A DNA stretch of 64,000 bases from Moniliella sp. 'wahieum' (Eukaryota): contig RSEE01000005.1 of assembly GCA_003971905.1 (NCBI GenBank), positions 1 to 64,000 of the forward strand, written 5' to 3'. Of the stretch, positions 61,944-64,000 are shown in pieces (within the stretch, counting starts at the first letter, position 1; each line of letters starts with the position of its first letter). Under the pieces are notes generated by a model. The model worked only from the letters and a program-made list of their open reading frames with translations, ran no database searches and was not told the origin of the DNA. Position numbers and translations under genes: made by a program.

Positions 61944-63668
61944 ATGGCTCTTCAACGCAGCACTCGTCTGGCCCTCCGTACGCTCCAAGCCAAACCTGTT
62001 GCCCCGTTATTGGCGCAGCCATTGGTGCGGATGGTGTCCACCTCCAGTGCCGATCGTCGTCCTGTCATCGCCCCACGAAGAATTGGTTCGGTGCAGCCCC
62101 CTCCCACGCCTCTGATCATGAACCAAGTCCATGCCAACAGCTGCAACCCCCACCCCATTTGGGTTGCCGATCCTACTGCGGGAGGCTGGCTGCGCTCCCC
62201 GTCTCCAGCGGAAAAGACCCAGTTCATGCAAAGTGAAGTGGAGGATGGCTGTCTAGACTTTGGCGTCCGCTACGAGTTTGCAGTCAATCAGCCTGTTTCG
62301 CCCAAAGCGCTGGCAGCGGCTTGGACGGACACTCTTTTCCGTCATCCCATCATCGGTGTAGAGAAACATGTATGTCCCTCCTACTGTCCTTTTCTATAAT
62401 AACCTTTTCGCCTGCGGCCATACCAAATCCGAGAATCATACGAGAACTGACACGTTTGCCATCAGGGCAATTATGAGGATGGCATTTGGTTCTACCCGGA
62501 TTACAGTGTATCATCGAACCAAACCGAATGGCTGAAGGATACCTTTGTCTACCTCCCCAGTGGGGGGACCGAAGCGGTTCAAGAGGTGCTTGATGTGCAG
62601 CTGAGTGAGCGGTACAGCCACAAGTACTCTGCACATTTCACCATTGCTCCGAAAGAGGACGGTGGCTTCTCCGTTGGGATCCACTGCCGCCACGCTGCGT
62701 ACGACATCCAGGGTATATGCATGGTGTTCCGAGCGTTCCAGCAAGCACTTTCGGATGCGCTTCAGAACAAGTTGCCAAGCCGCCAATGGGGGCAAGAAGT
62801 GCGGCGTCTCCCCATCCCTACGGAGCAAGCGGTGCACGACGATATGGGTGCCTTCACCCCGGCTCAGGTGGCCGATGCCAACGCCGAGGTTACGGCGCAC
62901 ATGGCCAAGGTGAACGAGCCCCATTTCAACCTCCCGTACGCCACGGTCCCTAATTGGGCCGCTGTATCGAGTGGTCCGAGCAAGAAGGCTAACGTCCGTC
63001 TGACCCAGCCTGAAACCAAGAATCTAATCCAGGCTGTCAAGAAGGCGGGATTGAGCGTCACACCCTTCATAATTGCATGTGCGATGCACACCCTCAAGAC
63101 GTTCTCCCCTCCCTCGGAGAAGAGCGGCGCCACGTGTTCCTCAATGTCGTCAACCGACGCCGCTGGCTTTCTGAGCACCGTATCACGGACCCTGAGCTGT
63201 CATTCCCTTCTTTGGCAACTCGGTCCAGATTCTCCATGCTCCCAACCATGGCACTGACGTGCTGCAATTGGCCCGGGAGGTGTACAAGCGTCAATGGGCC
63301 GACTTGGCCCCCCACCGTCCCGTTCCGCTGTGGGGGTTGAACCTGCTCAGAAAATGTACGAAGACGCTTTGGTCCCCTTCAACCCGGCCCAAGCGCCAGA
63401 ATATGGGTCGGGCGCGATTTATGTCTCTTCCCCGGGGCCACTGGACAAGGGCAAAGCTGCACCCTTCCCCTCTGAGTTGGAAGATGGTGCGGTGCGGATG
63501 ACCACCAACGATTTTGGTGTTAGCATCCGCATGACCTCGGGTCACTCTCTCTTGCACATCTGGACATTCCGCGGCCAACTTGAACTTCAACTTACCATTC
63601 CCAAGTGGTATGAACAGCGCACGCACAGGAATGGATGGACGCGACGAAACACTTGCTCATCGCTTTGA
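61944..63668 (+). CDS. CoA-dependent acyltransferase (HxxxD, condensation/CAT-like fold) with mitochondrial-type presequence
   Basis: Arg/Leu/Ser-rich, acid-free N-terminus MALQRSTRLALRTLQAK.., AAWTDTLFRHPIIG, active site HAAYDIQG, SSPG, LHIWTFRGQLELQL. Intron about 62370-62466. Confidence 0.72.
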
Positions 63669-64000
63669 GTCAGGACATTGTCGCTGGCAATAACTCAACT
63701 CCGACCGCCAAGTTGTGATCGTTTTGTTGTTGTTGTTGAGGCTCAATTCTCTCACCTTTTTCGCTCTCTTGTCACTCCCTCTATACACATTCACTCACTG
63801 CCTGCGACCACTCTCGTATGTCTCCTTTGGATAATCAACATGCTTCTCACCCCATCGTTTCTTTTTCATCACCATATCGACATGGCATAAAAAGCCTGTT
63901 GAAATGCTCCTCTCCTCCCACAATAAGATGTTCTACTTTTCGCCATCGTCAACTTTGGCATGCGTGTATCAGAGATACGACACGGGCTTTCATTGACGGT

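Overview
This is gene-dense eukaryotic DNA with short GT-AG introns and CTRAC-type branch points. The gene content points to a basidiomycete fungus (inference only, no search run). Nearly every gene carries 1-bp frameshifts, including essential ones (RRP4, BFR2, RPL40), which suggests an unpolished long-read assembly rather than mass pseudogenisation. All CDS boundaries are therefore reconstructed by eye. Genes from left to right: CBS/PB1 protein, pepsin-family protease, a TE graveyard at about 6.9-13 kb (chromoviral Ty3/gypsy integrase with a nested solo LTR, plus a second gypsy remnant), NTA1, SPX-RING E3 ligase, SNG1-like, PRM10-like, TOM20, BFR2, RRP4, KAR3-type kinesin-14, a possible sororin-like gene and a bacterial-looking nitronate monooxygenase. 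Next comes an inverted pair of F-box-like paralogues plus two relics, surrounding a ubiquitin-like-eL40 fusion and an alpha/beta hydrolase. The right end holds a secreted lipase, tRNA-Arg(CCG), a 2-hydroxyacid dehydrogenase fragment, a peroxisomal 4CL-like ligase and an HxxxD acyltransferase. The most striking observation is the ubiquitin moiety of the eL40 fusion: it is only about 54% identical to canonical ubiquitin and ends SLSLLGG, and it sits inside the F-box gene expansion.
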